A DNA stretch of 64,000 nucleotides from an uncultured Candidatus Saccharibacteria bacterium (lineage in GTDB: Bacteria > Patescibacteriota > Minisyncoccia > Phycocordibacterales > UBA5272): assembly GCA_964455195.1 (NCBI GenBank), contig CAYVUY010000001.1, positions 3,642 to 67,641 of the forward strand. Reading direction: 5' to 3'. The notes below the pieces were generated by a model. That model saw only the letters and a program-made list of their open reading frames with translations, was not told where the DNA came from and did not search any database. How positions within the stretch are numbered: the stretch's first letter is position 1; each line of letters opens with the position of its first letter. Positions 54,072-63,020 of the stretch are shown piece after piece. The position numbers were made by a program, and so were the translations under genes.

Positions 54072-55757
54072 TTGTTTTATATGCCACACAGAACTACACA
54101 GAACAAACAATCATTGTCTCATCCTAATAATGTTTCTTGTCGTAACATCAATGTTATTGCCAAGTATGTACATAACAAAATTGGTAGCGATGTTCTTCTC
54201 ACCTCTAATCTGACGTACATGCCAGAGTATTTGTTAAATGAGCACAATTGGGTACCGCTTCATGTCTATAACGAAGTAATGAATCGTGCTATCTCACTCC
54301 TAAATGATCCAGATGCGCCTTATAAAATGGGCCTTTCTGCGATGGAGCTTGAAAGTTGGGGAATTTTTAAATATATACAAAAAATATTTCTTACTGTTGT
54401 TATCGACCCGATCATTGTCTACCAAAAGATTAGTGAGTATAATCCCCTCTTTAATAACACTAAGGACTTTCATCTTCTTTCTACGAGCGATACGCATTGT
54501 GTTTTCAAAGTAGAATTCCACACAGATGTAAATCCGGTAGAAGATTATCATAGTGACAAGTATATTCAAGGATTACTTGCGAGCATTCCTCAGATATGGA
54601 ATCTTCCTTCCTCTTCTGTGAAATCAATTTCGAATGAATATGACGTTATCGATTTACTACACAAAAAAGGAAATGTACCTCTTGATGCTATTGAAATGAA
54701 TAGTGACACTTTATTTATACGAGGAGAGGCAATTGGGAAACGAATCGCCAGCTATAAAGAAGAAAACTGGTGGCAAGATACTGTACGCTCCACTCATAAA
54801 ATACATGATGCGCTTATGTATGAGAGTCTCATCGAAGCGAAATCAAAAGTTGGATCAGGTATTCTTATTACAAAGGATTATAACGCGAGCGATATGGTGC
54901 ATTTAAAAGTTGGTGAAATATATAATGCTCCCCATTTCCTCTATCATATTTCATGGGATAAACCATCGCTTTCTCTTAGACTTCGCCATCTTTTTTTTAA
55001 TCAAGGTCGCTCTCGCAAATCTTATGAAAGTGCAATCGTAGCATCCTTATCTACCATTAAAGGGTACACCGAGACGCTTGAACAAAAGGTAATCGAACGT
55101 ACTCACGAACTAGAAGTAGCAAAAAAAGAATCAGAATACTGGCGAAACAAAGCAGATGAACTTCTTTCTACAATGCTTCCAGAACACATTGCGAAGAAAA
55201 TGATTGAAAAGGAATTAGAAAGTCAGGAAGTTCATGGCACTGTACTATTTACAGATATTGTAGGCTTTACTGAGTATAGCCAAAATAATGATAAAGAATT
55301 TGTAGACCAAGAACTGAAACTATACTTCGCAGAAATTACAAACATAGTTACTAGACATGGTGGTTGGGTAAACAAATTTTTAGGAGATGGAATGCTTGTA
55401 GTATTTGGATTAAATGGAGGAACGCAGTATGTAGAAGATGGAGCAAAGGCAGCAAAAGCAATAGTCGAAACAATAGAGCAGTATTCATGGGGAACACGAG
55501 TAAGTCTCTCTACGGGGCCATTTACTATTGGTGAATACGGTAATGGTGCACTCAGACGATTCGATTGTATGGGTAATGTTCTTAATTTAGGTAGTCGCTT
55601 ACAAAATCACGCTGACAAAAATCAAATTCTTATTTGTGATAATACTTACAAAGCATTATCTAAAGAAAGTGCGATGTATAACTTTGGTAAAATGCGTACT
55701 CTAGATGTGAAAGGTATTGGTGAAGTAACAGCATACCCTCTTATTACTTCTCATTAA
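54072..55757 (+). CDS. Class III adenylate/guanylate cyclase with a large uncharacterised N-terminal sensor region and coiled-coil linker
   Basis: C-terminal VLFTDIVGFTEYSQ ... KFLGDGMLVVFG ... class III cyclase motifs. Confidence 0.8.
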   Translation: MFYMPHRTTQNKQSLSHPNNVSCRNINVIAKYVHNKIGSDVLLTSNLTYMPEYLLNEHNWVPLHVYNEVMNRAISLLNDPDAPYKMGLSAMELESWGIFKYIQKIFLTVVIDPIIVYQKISEYNPLFNNTKDFHLLSTSDTHCVFKVEFHTDVNPVEDYHSDKYIQGLLASIPQIWNLPSSSVKSISNEYDVIDLLHKKGNVPLDAIEMNSDTLFIRGEAIGKRIASYKEENWWQDTVRSTHKIHDALMYESLIEAKSKVGSGILITKDYNASDMVHLKVGEIYNAPHFLYHISWDKPSLSLRLRHLFFNQGRSRKSYESAIVASLSTIKGYTETLEQKVIERTHELEVAKKESEYWRNKADELLSTMLPEHIAKKMIEKELESQEVHGTVLFTDIVGFTEYSQNNDKEFVDQELKLYFAEITNIVTRHGGWVNKFLGDGMLVVFGLNGGTQYVEDGAKAAKAIVETIEQYSWGTRVSLSTGPFTIGEYGNGALRRFDCMGNVLNLGSRLQNHADKNQILICDNTYKALSKESAMYNFGKMRTLDVKGIGEVTAYPLITSH

Positions 55758-57214
55758 TCGTGTTTCTTAAGAATAGGGAAATTATGTTTTTTCGCATAGT
55801 GTTTTAATTTCCAATCAGGATTCACCGCGACAGGATGTCCCACAAGAGATAAGAATGGAATATCGACATAACTATCAGCATAAGCATAGCTATTCTTAGC
55901 ATTAATTTGCTTTTCTAACATAAAGTTTTTAACAGCGTGTGCTTTTTCATCACCGCGACATAGAAGTGTTATATCTCCTGTATATGTGCGCCCGCGTTTA
56001 ATAAGAGAAGTATCTATGGCTTTATCTGCTTTAAAGAATTCTACGAATGCGTCCGCTATTGGATGCATCACTTCTGTCACGAATACTATATGATGGTGTT
56101 TAGCAAGATGATCTTCAAGAATAGCGAATAATCCGTATTCAAGTTTAGGAAGAGCTAACTCTCGGAAGAATCTTCCCATGAGCTTATCTATTGCCTCCAC
56201 ATTCCATCCAGCCAATAGATGTATCGCCTCTTTCATAAGCTTCTTATGATTAATGAAATGTATTTTTTCAAGAATAAAAAGATACATAATGTATGAAAAA
56301 TCTTTTACTGGAATATTCCCTTTTCGTGTCATATAGACAAGAAAATCAACCTGAGAAAGACTCTTATAGATAGTTAAGTCGATATCTACGAATACCCCCA
56401 CATCAGATGCTTCATGACGCTGTTCATTTAAAAGTCGTAATGGTAAATGCTTTAATACCTCATTTTCTAGCTCTTGGGTTCTTTCTTTTATCCTATGGCG
56501 CACTTTCATATCAGTACTGAAGAGTACATGCTCGTTGTACCCCTGTTCTGGAAGAAAACACTTACCGAACTCGATTGTTACTTTTCTATTTCCTGTTTTA
56601 AATGTATCTGAAAATACTTTATGAGAATCTTTAAGTACAACCGTTTGAATCGGAGATTGAGCGGCATAACTTAATCTCACTGCTCCAGTATGGAAACGAT
56701 ACAATGCTTCTAATAATTCAGCGTGTCCTTCAGGAAACATAAGAAGTGAGTTGCCACGTTTAAGAGCTTTTAGGGCTTTATGGAGAGCTTCATACTTAGT
56801 ATTAGACTTTGGATACATTCTATGGTCCACCTCATCACGTATGACATCTATTGCTCCCATTCCCTTAAGCCATAAAGCAATAATGCGTGGAAATTGTCTA
56901 AGAGGTGCAACCATAGGGATTACATTTGGACCAAGTAATGCCTGCAAAAGAAATCCATCCATTTCACTGGGATGATTACTTACGAATATTGTTGAGTCAT
57001 CTAAGAAAAAGTTATTAGCAGTAACAACTTGTACACGTGAAAGATAGAATGCTGCACGAATTATTTTAATGGAGCACTCTCGGAAGAAATATTCCCTTTC
57101 ATGACGATTTTTAAAAAAGTATGAAGCAAAAAGTACAGGTATGTACGCAGTACTAGTAAAGAGTGTGAGGTAGCATTTTATAACGAAAAGACGGAACATA
57201 AAATTACATGCCAT
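55754..57214 (-). CDS. Bifunctional 1-acyl-sn-glycerol-3-phosphate acyltransferase (PlsC-like, N-terminal) plus HAD-IB hydrolase (C-terminal)
   Basis: Acyltransferase NHPSEMDG (HX4D) and FPEGH. HAD motif I FVDIDLT. Motif IV AYADSYVDIPFLSLVGHPVAVNP. Confidence 0.75.
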   Translation of the reverse strand: MACNFMFRLFVIKCYLTLFTSTAYIPVLFASYFFKNRHEREYFFRECSIKIIRAAFYLSRVQVVTANNFFLDDSTIFVSNHPSEMDGFLLQALLGPNVIPMVAPLRQFPRIIALWLKGMGAIDVIRDEVDHRMYPKSNTKYEALHKALKALKRGNSLLMFPEGHAELLEALYRFHTGAVRLSYAAQSPIQTVVLKDSHKVFSDTFKTGNRKVTIEFGKCFLPEQGYNEHVLFSTDMKVRHRIKERTQELENEVLKHLPLRLLNEQRHEASDVGVFVDIDLTIYKSLSQVDFLVYMTRKGNIPVKDFSYIMYLFILEKIHFINHKKLMKEAIHLLAGWNVEAIDKLMGRFFRELALPKLEYGLFAILEDHLAKHHHIVFVTEVMHPIADAFVEFFKADKAIDTSLIKRGRTYTGDITLLCRGDEKAHAVKNFMLEKQINAKNSYAYADSYVDIPFLSLVGHPVAVNPDWKLKHYAKKHNFPILKKHD

Positions 57215-57280
57215 GCACTACAACATATAATAAGTATACCATGTAGAAATATTGAATTTATTACCGTAATGCTTGTTTGA

Positions 57281-57321
57281 ACAAAATAAAATAGCGCCCT
57301 TTGGGCGCTATTTTATTTTGT
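57281..57321. terminator. Long A/T-armed hairpin terminator
   Basis: acaaaataaaatagcgccc-tttg-ggcgctattttattttgt. Confidence 0.6.
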
Positions 57322-57324
57322 TTA

Positions 57325-58146
57325 TTAGTCGAGCGTTGGTGTCCCTTCTTTCTTTTGCATGCCTTGCTTTGGAAATGTCACATAAAAGGTTGAACCTACA
57401 TTTTCTGTTGAAGTAAACCAGACCGCGCCTCCGACGTTACTTACTATAAGTTCAGTCATATAGAGCCCCAATCCAGCACCTTTACTCTCTTCTCCTGCAA
57501 CATTAGACCCTTTATAGAGTTTAGAAAATATTTTTTCTTTATCTTTTTCGGGGATTCCAATTCCAGAATCAGTAACAGAAAACAGAAGGCTATCTTCTAG
57601 TATCTTTTCACCGCCACATTCATCCCCTTGTTTCACTTCATGTATCGAAACAAGTACTTTCCCCTCCTCTTTCGAGAAAAGGATTGCATTAGAAATAAGA
57701 TTTCTCAAAATTACTACACACATCTGCTTATCAAGTAAAAGAGTTGGAACCAGTGGAGAAGAATCGCTTACGTACGACTCTTCTATGGTTATTTTCTTTT
57801 CTGTTATGAAACTACTCAGCTCAGAAAGTACTTGTTTAACTATCCGACTAAGATCAGCTTCAACTGGAGAGATACTAAAAGTACCCAGGGTTAACCTGGA
57901 TACGTTTAGTAATGACCTAATAAGGTCAATAGCTCTCTCATTACTTGATTGTATGGTCTTTAGATATTTTGTTTGATCATCATTTAATGTTCCACAGTCA
58001 CCATCTAGTAGCATTTCTGTGTACCATTTTATGACAGATAGTGGGGTTCGTAGATCATGTGCGGCAAGTGATAATAGTGTATCACTTGCTTTTTCATGAC
58101 CATCCGCATCACTTCTTTCGTGGTGATCAACTAGTTCTAAAGACAT
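57325..58146 (-). CDS. Soluble sensor histidine kinase (HisKA plus HATPase_c). No TM or sensor domain, and no response regulator in the window.
   Basis: H-box LAAHDLRTPLS. N-box LRNLISNA. G1 VTDSGIGIP. G2 GAGLGLYM. Confidence 0.85.
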   Translation of the reverse strand: MSLELVDHHERSDADGHEKASDTLLSLAAHDLRTPLSVIKWYTEMLLDGDCGTLNDDQTKYLKTIQSSNERAIDLIRSLLNVSRLTLGTFSISPVEADLSRIVKQVLSELSSFITEKKITIEESYVSDSSPLVPTLLLDKQMCVVILRNLISNAILFSKEEGKVLVSIHEVKQGDECGGEKILEDSLLFSVTDSGIGIPEKDKEKIFSKLYKGSNVAGEESKGAGLGLYMTELIVSNVGGAVWFTSTENVGSTFYVTFPKQGMQKKEGTPTLD

Positions 58147-58160
58147 ACTTCAAATGTGTA

Positions 58161-58610
58161 CTATCTTGTAACAGTAATCGTAGCGCCTTGCTCAGCAAGT
58201 GGAGCTGTAACAGTAATACGTCCATACGCATTCTTTGAAATGGTATATCCGTTGCCGTTAACAGTAATCTTTTGTGGGTCCTGAGGAATAGCAGTAAGGT
58301 ACTTACCATTAACTGTAAGTACTGACAAATCTATAAGTCCAGTACACGAAGCTGCTCCTGATGCACAAATTTCTGTTGTTGATGCCACGATAGATGCAGG
58401 CAATACTCCATTGTTATCAATTGAGTATTGGTATGCTGCGTTAAGAAGTGTTGTCACATCAGAACGACGTTGTGCGTTACGAGTATCACCAAGTTGCTTA
58501 CCTGGGTTAATAGCCACGATAACGATACCTGCCAAAATAGCGATAGCTGCAACCACGAGAAGGATTTCAATAAGTGTAAACCCTTTCTGGCTACGTAATA
58601 ACTTTTTCAT
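58161..58610 (-). CDS. pilA: Type IV major pilin (prepilin), copy 1
   Basis: MKKLLRSQKGFTLIEILLVVAAIAILAGI class III signal (G/FTLIE). C-terminal Cys pair CASGAASC. Confidence 0.85.
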   Translation of the reverse strand: MKKLLRSQKGFTLIEILLVVAAIAILAGIVIVAINPGKQLGDTRNAQRRSDVTTLLNAAYQYSIDNNGVLPASIVASTTEICASGAASCTGLIDLSVLTVNGKYLTAIPQDPQKITVNGNGYTISKNAYGRITVTAPLAEQGATITVTR

Positions 58611-58624
58611 GCTCTACTTTTAAA

Positions 58625-59074
58625 CTATCTTGTTACGGTAATTACCGCACCTTGCTCAGCAAGTGGAGCTGTAACGGTAATACGTCCATTCACATCCTTA
58701 AAGATGTTGTAACCATTACCATTTGCAGTAACCTTTTGTGGGTCTTGTGGAATACCAACAAGATACTTACCGTTAAGAGCAAGTACTGATAGGTCTATAA
58801 CACCAGTACATGATGCTGCTCCTTGCGCACAAATTTCTGTTGATGAAGCAGTAATGCCTGCAGGAAGTACTCCATTGTTATCAATTGAGTATTGGTATGC
58901 TGCGTTAAGAAGTGTTGTCACATCAGAACGACGTTGTGCGTTACGAGTATCACCAAGTTGCTTACCTGGGTTAATAGCCACGATAACGATACCTGCCAAA
59001 ATAGCGATAGCTGCAACCACGAGAAGGATTTCAATAAGTGTAAACCCTTTCTGGCTACGAAGTAATTTTTTCAT
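58625..59074 (-). CDS. pilA: Type IV major pilin (prepilin), copy 2
   Basis: Identical N-terminal 72 aa to copy 1. Diverged C-terminal D-region (CAQGAASC). Start chosen at MKKLLRSQKGFTL. Confidence 0.85.
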   Translation of the reverse strand: MKKLLRSQKGFTLIEILLVVAAIAILAGIVIVAINPGKQLGDTRNAQRRSDVTTLLNAAYQYSIDNNGVLPAGITASSTEICAQGAASCTGVIDLSVLALNGKYLVGIPQDPQKVTANGNGYNIFKDVNGRITVTAPLAEQGAVITVTR

Positions 59075-59305
59075 AAAATGTAAATTAGTATTTTTGTATT
59101 TAAACACATTAACCTTATAAATGAGGCACTATAGAATTTGTAGACTTGATTGAAGTTCGTGACAGAGCTCATGGATTAATGTCATCATACGTTGATGAAA
59201 AACATAGAACCTGAAACCGTAGCCAAGAAATTCATCAAGCACACAAATTCTATATAAAAAGGCACAAATAACTTGCCTTAGTCAGTATATCAAATATAGA
59301 AGGGT

Positions 59306-59731
59306 TTAGAAGTCCCCAACCTCTTTCCATGAGGATAAGATTATTGAGGGGGTAGTCGTAGCAATAACGATTTTTACCTTACTTAGGATGGTTCCGACCT
59401 GCCCTGTTGCATTAACCGTTATATTTTGGCCGTTTTGGCTGGTAATAGTGTAGGAACATGTACCCGAAGCAATCGTTAAATTACCACTCCCCGTGGTTGT
59501 TCCAGTTTCTAGTATTTTTTGCAAAGCCTCTTCTCCACATGAAGAAGCTGCTACTTTAGCACTTCCTGCTTGCTGTAATGCGAAATCTGTCCTTGATGCA
59601 GTCACCCCAGAAAGTAACACTGAAAGCATGATTGCTGTGCCAATAGCTCCAATAATAAGAACTGAAAGTAGCGCTATGTACCCTCGACGCATATGTACTC
59701 TTAATCCCCTTGTATGAAAGGTACTTGTCAT
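59306..59731 (-). CDS. Pilin-like / pseudopilin protein with atypical N-terminus
   Basis: ...MRRGYIALLSVLIIGAIGTAIM hydrophobic N-terminal helix after Gly. Cys pair. Lacks Glu+5. Confidence 0.5.
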   Translation of the reverse strand: MTSTFHTRGLRVHMRRGYIALLSVLIIGAIGTAIMLSVLLSGVTASRTDFALQQAGSAKVAASSCGEEALQKILETGTTTGSGNLTIASGTCSYTITSQNGQNITVNATGQVGTILSKVKIVIATTTPSIILSSWKEVGDF

Positions 59732-59735
59732 GGAT

Positions 59736-60254
59736 TTATTGTCTCAGTGTAGCACTTCCTGTAAATGACTTTGTGAAGGAATTTTCATTACGACCACTGG
59801 TATTAATATGGTCTATAGTAAAAGAAATACGTACTATTCTGTCAGTAGAACCTACAGATGAGATATTTTGAAATAGAAGTGAGGAAACAGCCACATGAGA
59901 ATTCGTAAGTAATATAGGAGCATTTGACCCCTCTGTGATTCTCACAGAACCATTTACTATATCAAATACTGTCGGACTAAGAAGCGGGTCAGACATAGTC
60001 ATTGATAGTGAAGTGCTTGTTGCTCCTATACTAGGGAAATCAACAGTTTTGGCATTTCGTATTGTCTGAGTTACTAATTGCATTACTTGTAACCCCTGCT
60101 GATTAACATCACCTATAGATTGATTTTTGATTCTTGAACTCATGAGGAATGTTAAGAACAAAGAAAGCGAAAGGAGTACGAATGACAAAACACTTACATA
60201 TAATAGTAATTCAACTAGTGAAAACCCTCTGAAAGTTCTTGGTACTATTTTCAT
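59736..60254 (-). CDS. Minor pilin / pseudopilin (prepilin-type N-terminal cleavage/methylation domain)
   Basis: RGFSLVELLLYVSVLSFVLLS. Confidence 0.7.
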   Translation of the reverse strand: MKIVPRTFRGFSLVELLLYVSVLSFVLLSLSLFLTFLMSSRIKNQSIGDVNQQGLQVMQLVTQTIRNAKTVDFPSIGATSTSLSMTMSDPLLSPTVFDIVNGSVRITEGSNAPILLTNSHVAVSSLLFQNISSVGSTDRIVRISFTIDHINTSGRNENSFTKSFTGSATLRQ

Positions 60255-60256
60255 AC

Positions 60257-62590
60257 TTACTTTTGCCAGAAAGCAAATGAGAATGGTGAAGAAATAACTT
60301 GTGGAAGTGTTGTTTCTAGGGCGCCTCCATCTGAGTTAGTCCATGTGAATGTTGATGTGCTTGTTAGACTGAGTCTTTTCGCAAAGAGGTCATTAGCATT
60401 ATCCGATGTAAGGAACATAAGCTGACTTGTATCAACTGGATCCATGTGTATATCCATGTAACCACGAGTAGTATTAATAAGTGGTGTTGGGACGAAGTCT
60501 GGTTGACGTGTGAAGACACCAGCATTTCCTGAATACCAATTAATATTAGGAGAGTTAAGGTCTGTATAGACAACAACGGATCGTGTTGAAGTACCGTTAA
60601 TTAACCACCCTGTTGTTACTAACTTAGATGCAGTATATGGAACGCTACACGAAGTATCGGCGTTTGCTGTATCAGTCCATGTCGAACCATTCCAATATCC
60701 GATTTGAAGATCGCCCCCTGCATTACCAATGGACGCAAACACTATTTCATCTGTTTTTGGATTGGCAGAAATATCAAGTGATGTAGCGTCGTCTAAGAAT
60801 GTAGGTGGTGTTGATACTGGTCCCCATATACAATTAGCAATTCCACCAGTACATGTTCTATATCTCACACCGTTTGTTCCATTATTTCCCGCACCATTTG
60901 CCCATACCAACATTAAATCTCCAGACACAGATTCGAATTCAAGATCCATATCTTCTATATCATGAGACGATGAAACTATTTCAACATTATTATCTGTTAC
61001 TGCAGATGGTTCATTAACCCACGCAGTACCATCCCAGATTTTTGCAGAAATATCATCACTAGTATCTACCCATGTAAGCGCTATTATATTTGACCCTGGG
61101 CGTCTATCTTGTGCCATCTTTACATACATAATGTCATTTGATGTACGAAGTGGATCAAGGAGTGTTTCTCCAGACCAGTTAGCAGACCCACATCCGGTTG
61201 CACCACTTTTCGTACGATATCCGAGTTGGCCAGGGTTATGTGTCCCTTTACTATAGACAACCATCGCATCACCTGATGTTTTTTCAAATGCTATATCATT
61301 ACGATGTCTATTACCAACTCCACCTGAAGCTGCTACGAACTCTTGTGTCCAGCTTGTACCATCAAAACACATCACAATAAGTGACCCTGTTGAATCGTAA
61401 TACCCTGCAATTGCTGTGTGATTAATAGGTGAAGTTCTAATAATCCACGTTGGGCCAACGGTTGCTGTGAATGTTCCAGTTTCAGCACTAAACGTATTAG
61501 AAGATGTAAAATAATTTCTAAACTTAGGAACATTGGTTCCATCTCCATAAATCATAAGTCCGGAAAGAGATGTACTACTACCGTTACCATTACCTTGTTG
61601 TACTATTTCTTCATTTGTAAGGGTACAAACTTTATCATCACCTGGTAGGAAAGATATTGTTCCATTAGTAAAACATCCTCCACTGTAGGTAAGAGTATAA
61701 AGTGAGCTCGATGCTTCTGTAATAACATATGATCCAGAATCTATGGTCGTTGTCGCGCCAACCGTTACTGTTGTTGAGCCGATTTTATACGGTGCGAAAT
61801 CAGAAACAACCTTGGATCCTCCATGATTAATAACTGTAGCGTCTATTTTAATATGTGAAAGTTTTTCTTCATTGGTAATAGTACATAACTTAGATGATGA
61901 GGCTGTGAGTGTTACTTGGCCACTTGCATTACAATCCCCACTAAAGGTTTGTATATAGTTTGGATTGGTCGCCTCAGAAACAGTGTACGTTCCTGCTCCG
62001 AACTTAGTAGAAGTAGCAAGTTGCACCGTCGTAGCACCCACTTTATACGGCGCGAAATCTGCAGTCGTTTTGGAAAGCCCGTGATTAATAACAACCTTAT
62101 TAACCATAAGTCCTTGTCCCAAATTAAAAACTGTTTTCCAATTCGTAAGTCTTCCATCGAGAGAAATACTTCCTGTTCTTCCTGGTGTCTGTTGCCATGT
62201 AACATTCGTGGTGATATTTTTCCTGTTAGCATCAACTGTCGAAATGATAACTTGTCTTGTATAGATTCCAGTAACATCTTGTGTTCCAGAAAAACTCCAT
62301 GCGTTATTAGAGTACACAAGACCATGAGTTCCATCAGTTAAGCTGGCGAAGTTAACATTTTTCATACTTCTGACAGCTTCTTGCCCCTCTTCTGCTAAGA
62401 TTGTTGCTTGAGATCTATTCCCAGCGAGTGTTGATGCCTCGAAACCATAATAAAAAACACCCACAAAGGCAGTAACAAGCATGATAAAAACAGAACTCGA
62501 CAAAAGTACTTCGACAAGTAAGAAGCCGTGTCTCTTCCTATTAATAGTCAACCATTCCTTTTTGATTAATTGTGACATTTCTAACTTCAT
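60257..62590 (-). CDS. Large (about 780 aa) pilin-like protein with prepilin-type N-terminus. Putative pilus tip adhesin.
   Basis: KRHGFLLVEVLLSSSVFIMLVTAF N-terminal pilin helix followed by a large beta-rich domain. Start among M24/M28 of the track ORF. Confidence 0.6.
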   Translation of the reverse strand: MKLEMSQLIKKEWLTINRKRHGFLLVEVLLSSSVFIMLVTAFVGVFYYGFEASTLAGNRSQATILAEEGQEAVRSMKNVNFASLTDGTHGLVYSNNAWSFSGTQDVTGIYTRQVIISTVDANRKNITTNVTWQQTPGRTGSISLDGRLTNWKTVFNLGQGLMVNKVVINHGLSKTTADFAPYKVGATTVQLATSTKFGAGTYTVSEATNPNYIQTFSGDCNASGQVTLTASSSKLCTITNEEKLSHIKIDATVINHGGSKVVSDFAPYKIGSTTVTVGATTTIDSGSYVITEASSSLYTLTYSGGCFTNGTISFLPGDDKVCTLTNEEIVQQGNGNGSSTSLSGLMIYGDGTNVPKFRNYFTSSNTFSAETGTFTATVGPTWIIRTSPINHTAIAGYYDSTGSLIVMCFDGTSWTQEFVAASGGVGNRHRNDIAFEKTSGDAMVVYSKGTHNPGQLGYRTKSGATGCGSANWSGETLLDPLRTSNDIMYVKMAQDRRPGSNIIALTWVDTSDDISAKIWDGTAWVNEPSAVTDNNVEIVSSSHDIEDMDLEFESVSGDLMLVWANGAGNNGTNGVRYRTCTGGIANCIWGPVSTPPTFLDDATSLDISANPKTDEIVFASIGNAGGDLQIGYWNGSTWTDTANADTSCSVPYTASKLVTTGWLINGTSTRSVVVYTDLNSPNINWYSGNAGVFTRQPDFVPTPLINTTRGYMDIHMDPVDTSQLMFLTSDNANDLFAKRLSLTSTSTFTWTNSDGGALETTLPQVISSPFSFAFWQK

Positions 62591-63020
62591 TGGTAGTTGA
62601 TGTAAGTGTTGTTGTTCCAGTGCTTTGTGGCATGCCAGTTTGTTTACTGAACAAAACATCGTTTAATCCAGAAAACACAATGCTAGCCGATACAGAGGCG
62701 TCCTCATCGTATGCCTGATCGCGTGTTGCATAATTAATACCCTTATATAAGAGTATACTCCCCGTTGCTACGTGCACCCCCCATGAACTATCCCCATCTG
62801 TAATTTGTGACAGTACTTGCGCCCTTCTAAAATTTTCAACGAGGGTCATTACTGCGATATCAGTATCATTTCTTACCATGAATTTATGGTACGCTGGTAT
62901 TGTCATTGTAAAAATAATTAGAAGTATAGAAAGAGATAGTGCAATTTCTATCATCGTGAAAGCTCTGTAGCTAGATTGCGAGTTGCGATATGTAGGTTGT
63001 GTGAAATCAAAATTTTTCAT
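62541..63020 (-). CDS. Minor pilin (FimT/GspH-like)
   Basis: YRAFTMIEIALSLSILLIIFT prepilin N-terminus with Glu+5. Confidence 0.7.
   Translation of the reverse strand: MKNFDFTQPTYRNSQSSYRAFTMIEIALSLSILLIIFTMTIPAYHKFMVRNDTDIAVMTLVENFRRAQVLSQITDGDSSWGVHVATGSILLYKGINYATRDQAYDEDASVSASIVFSGLNDVLFSKQTGMPQSTGTTTLTSTTNEVRNVTINQKGMVDY

Larger units (their letters stand above)
58161..59074 (-). repeat. Tandem direct duplication (period about 464 bp) comprising the two pilin genes. 5' about 216 nt of each copy identical at DNA level.
   Basis: Blocks about 58395-58610 and 58859-59074 read identically. The remainder is about 85 percent similar. Confidence 0.8.

Noticed and set aside
54072-55757. Cyclase as part of a Pycsar/CBASS-like anti-phage system
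   Set aside because: There is no adjacent cNMP-binding or TM effector gene. The neighbours are an acyltransferase-HAD fusion and a histidine kinase, so it is more likely ordinary signalling.
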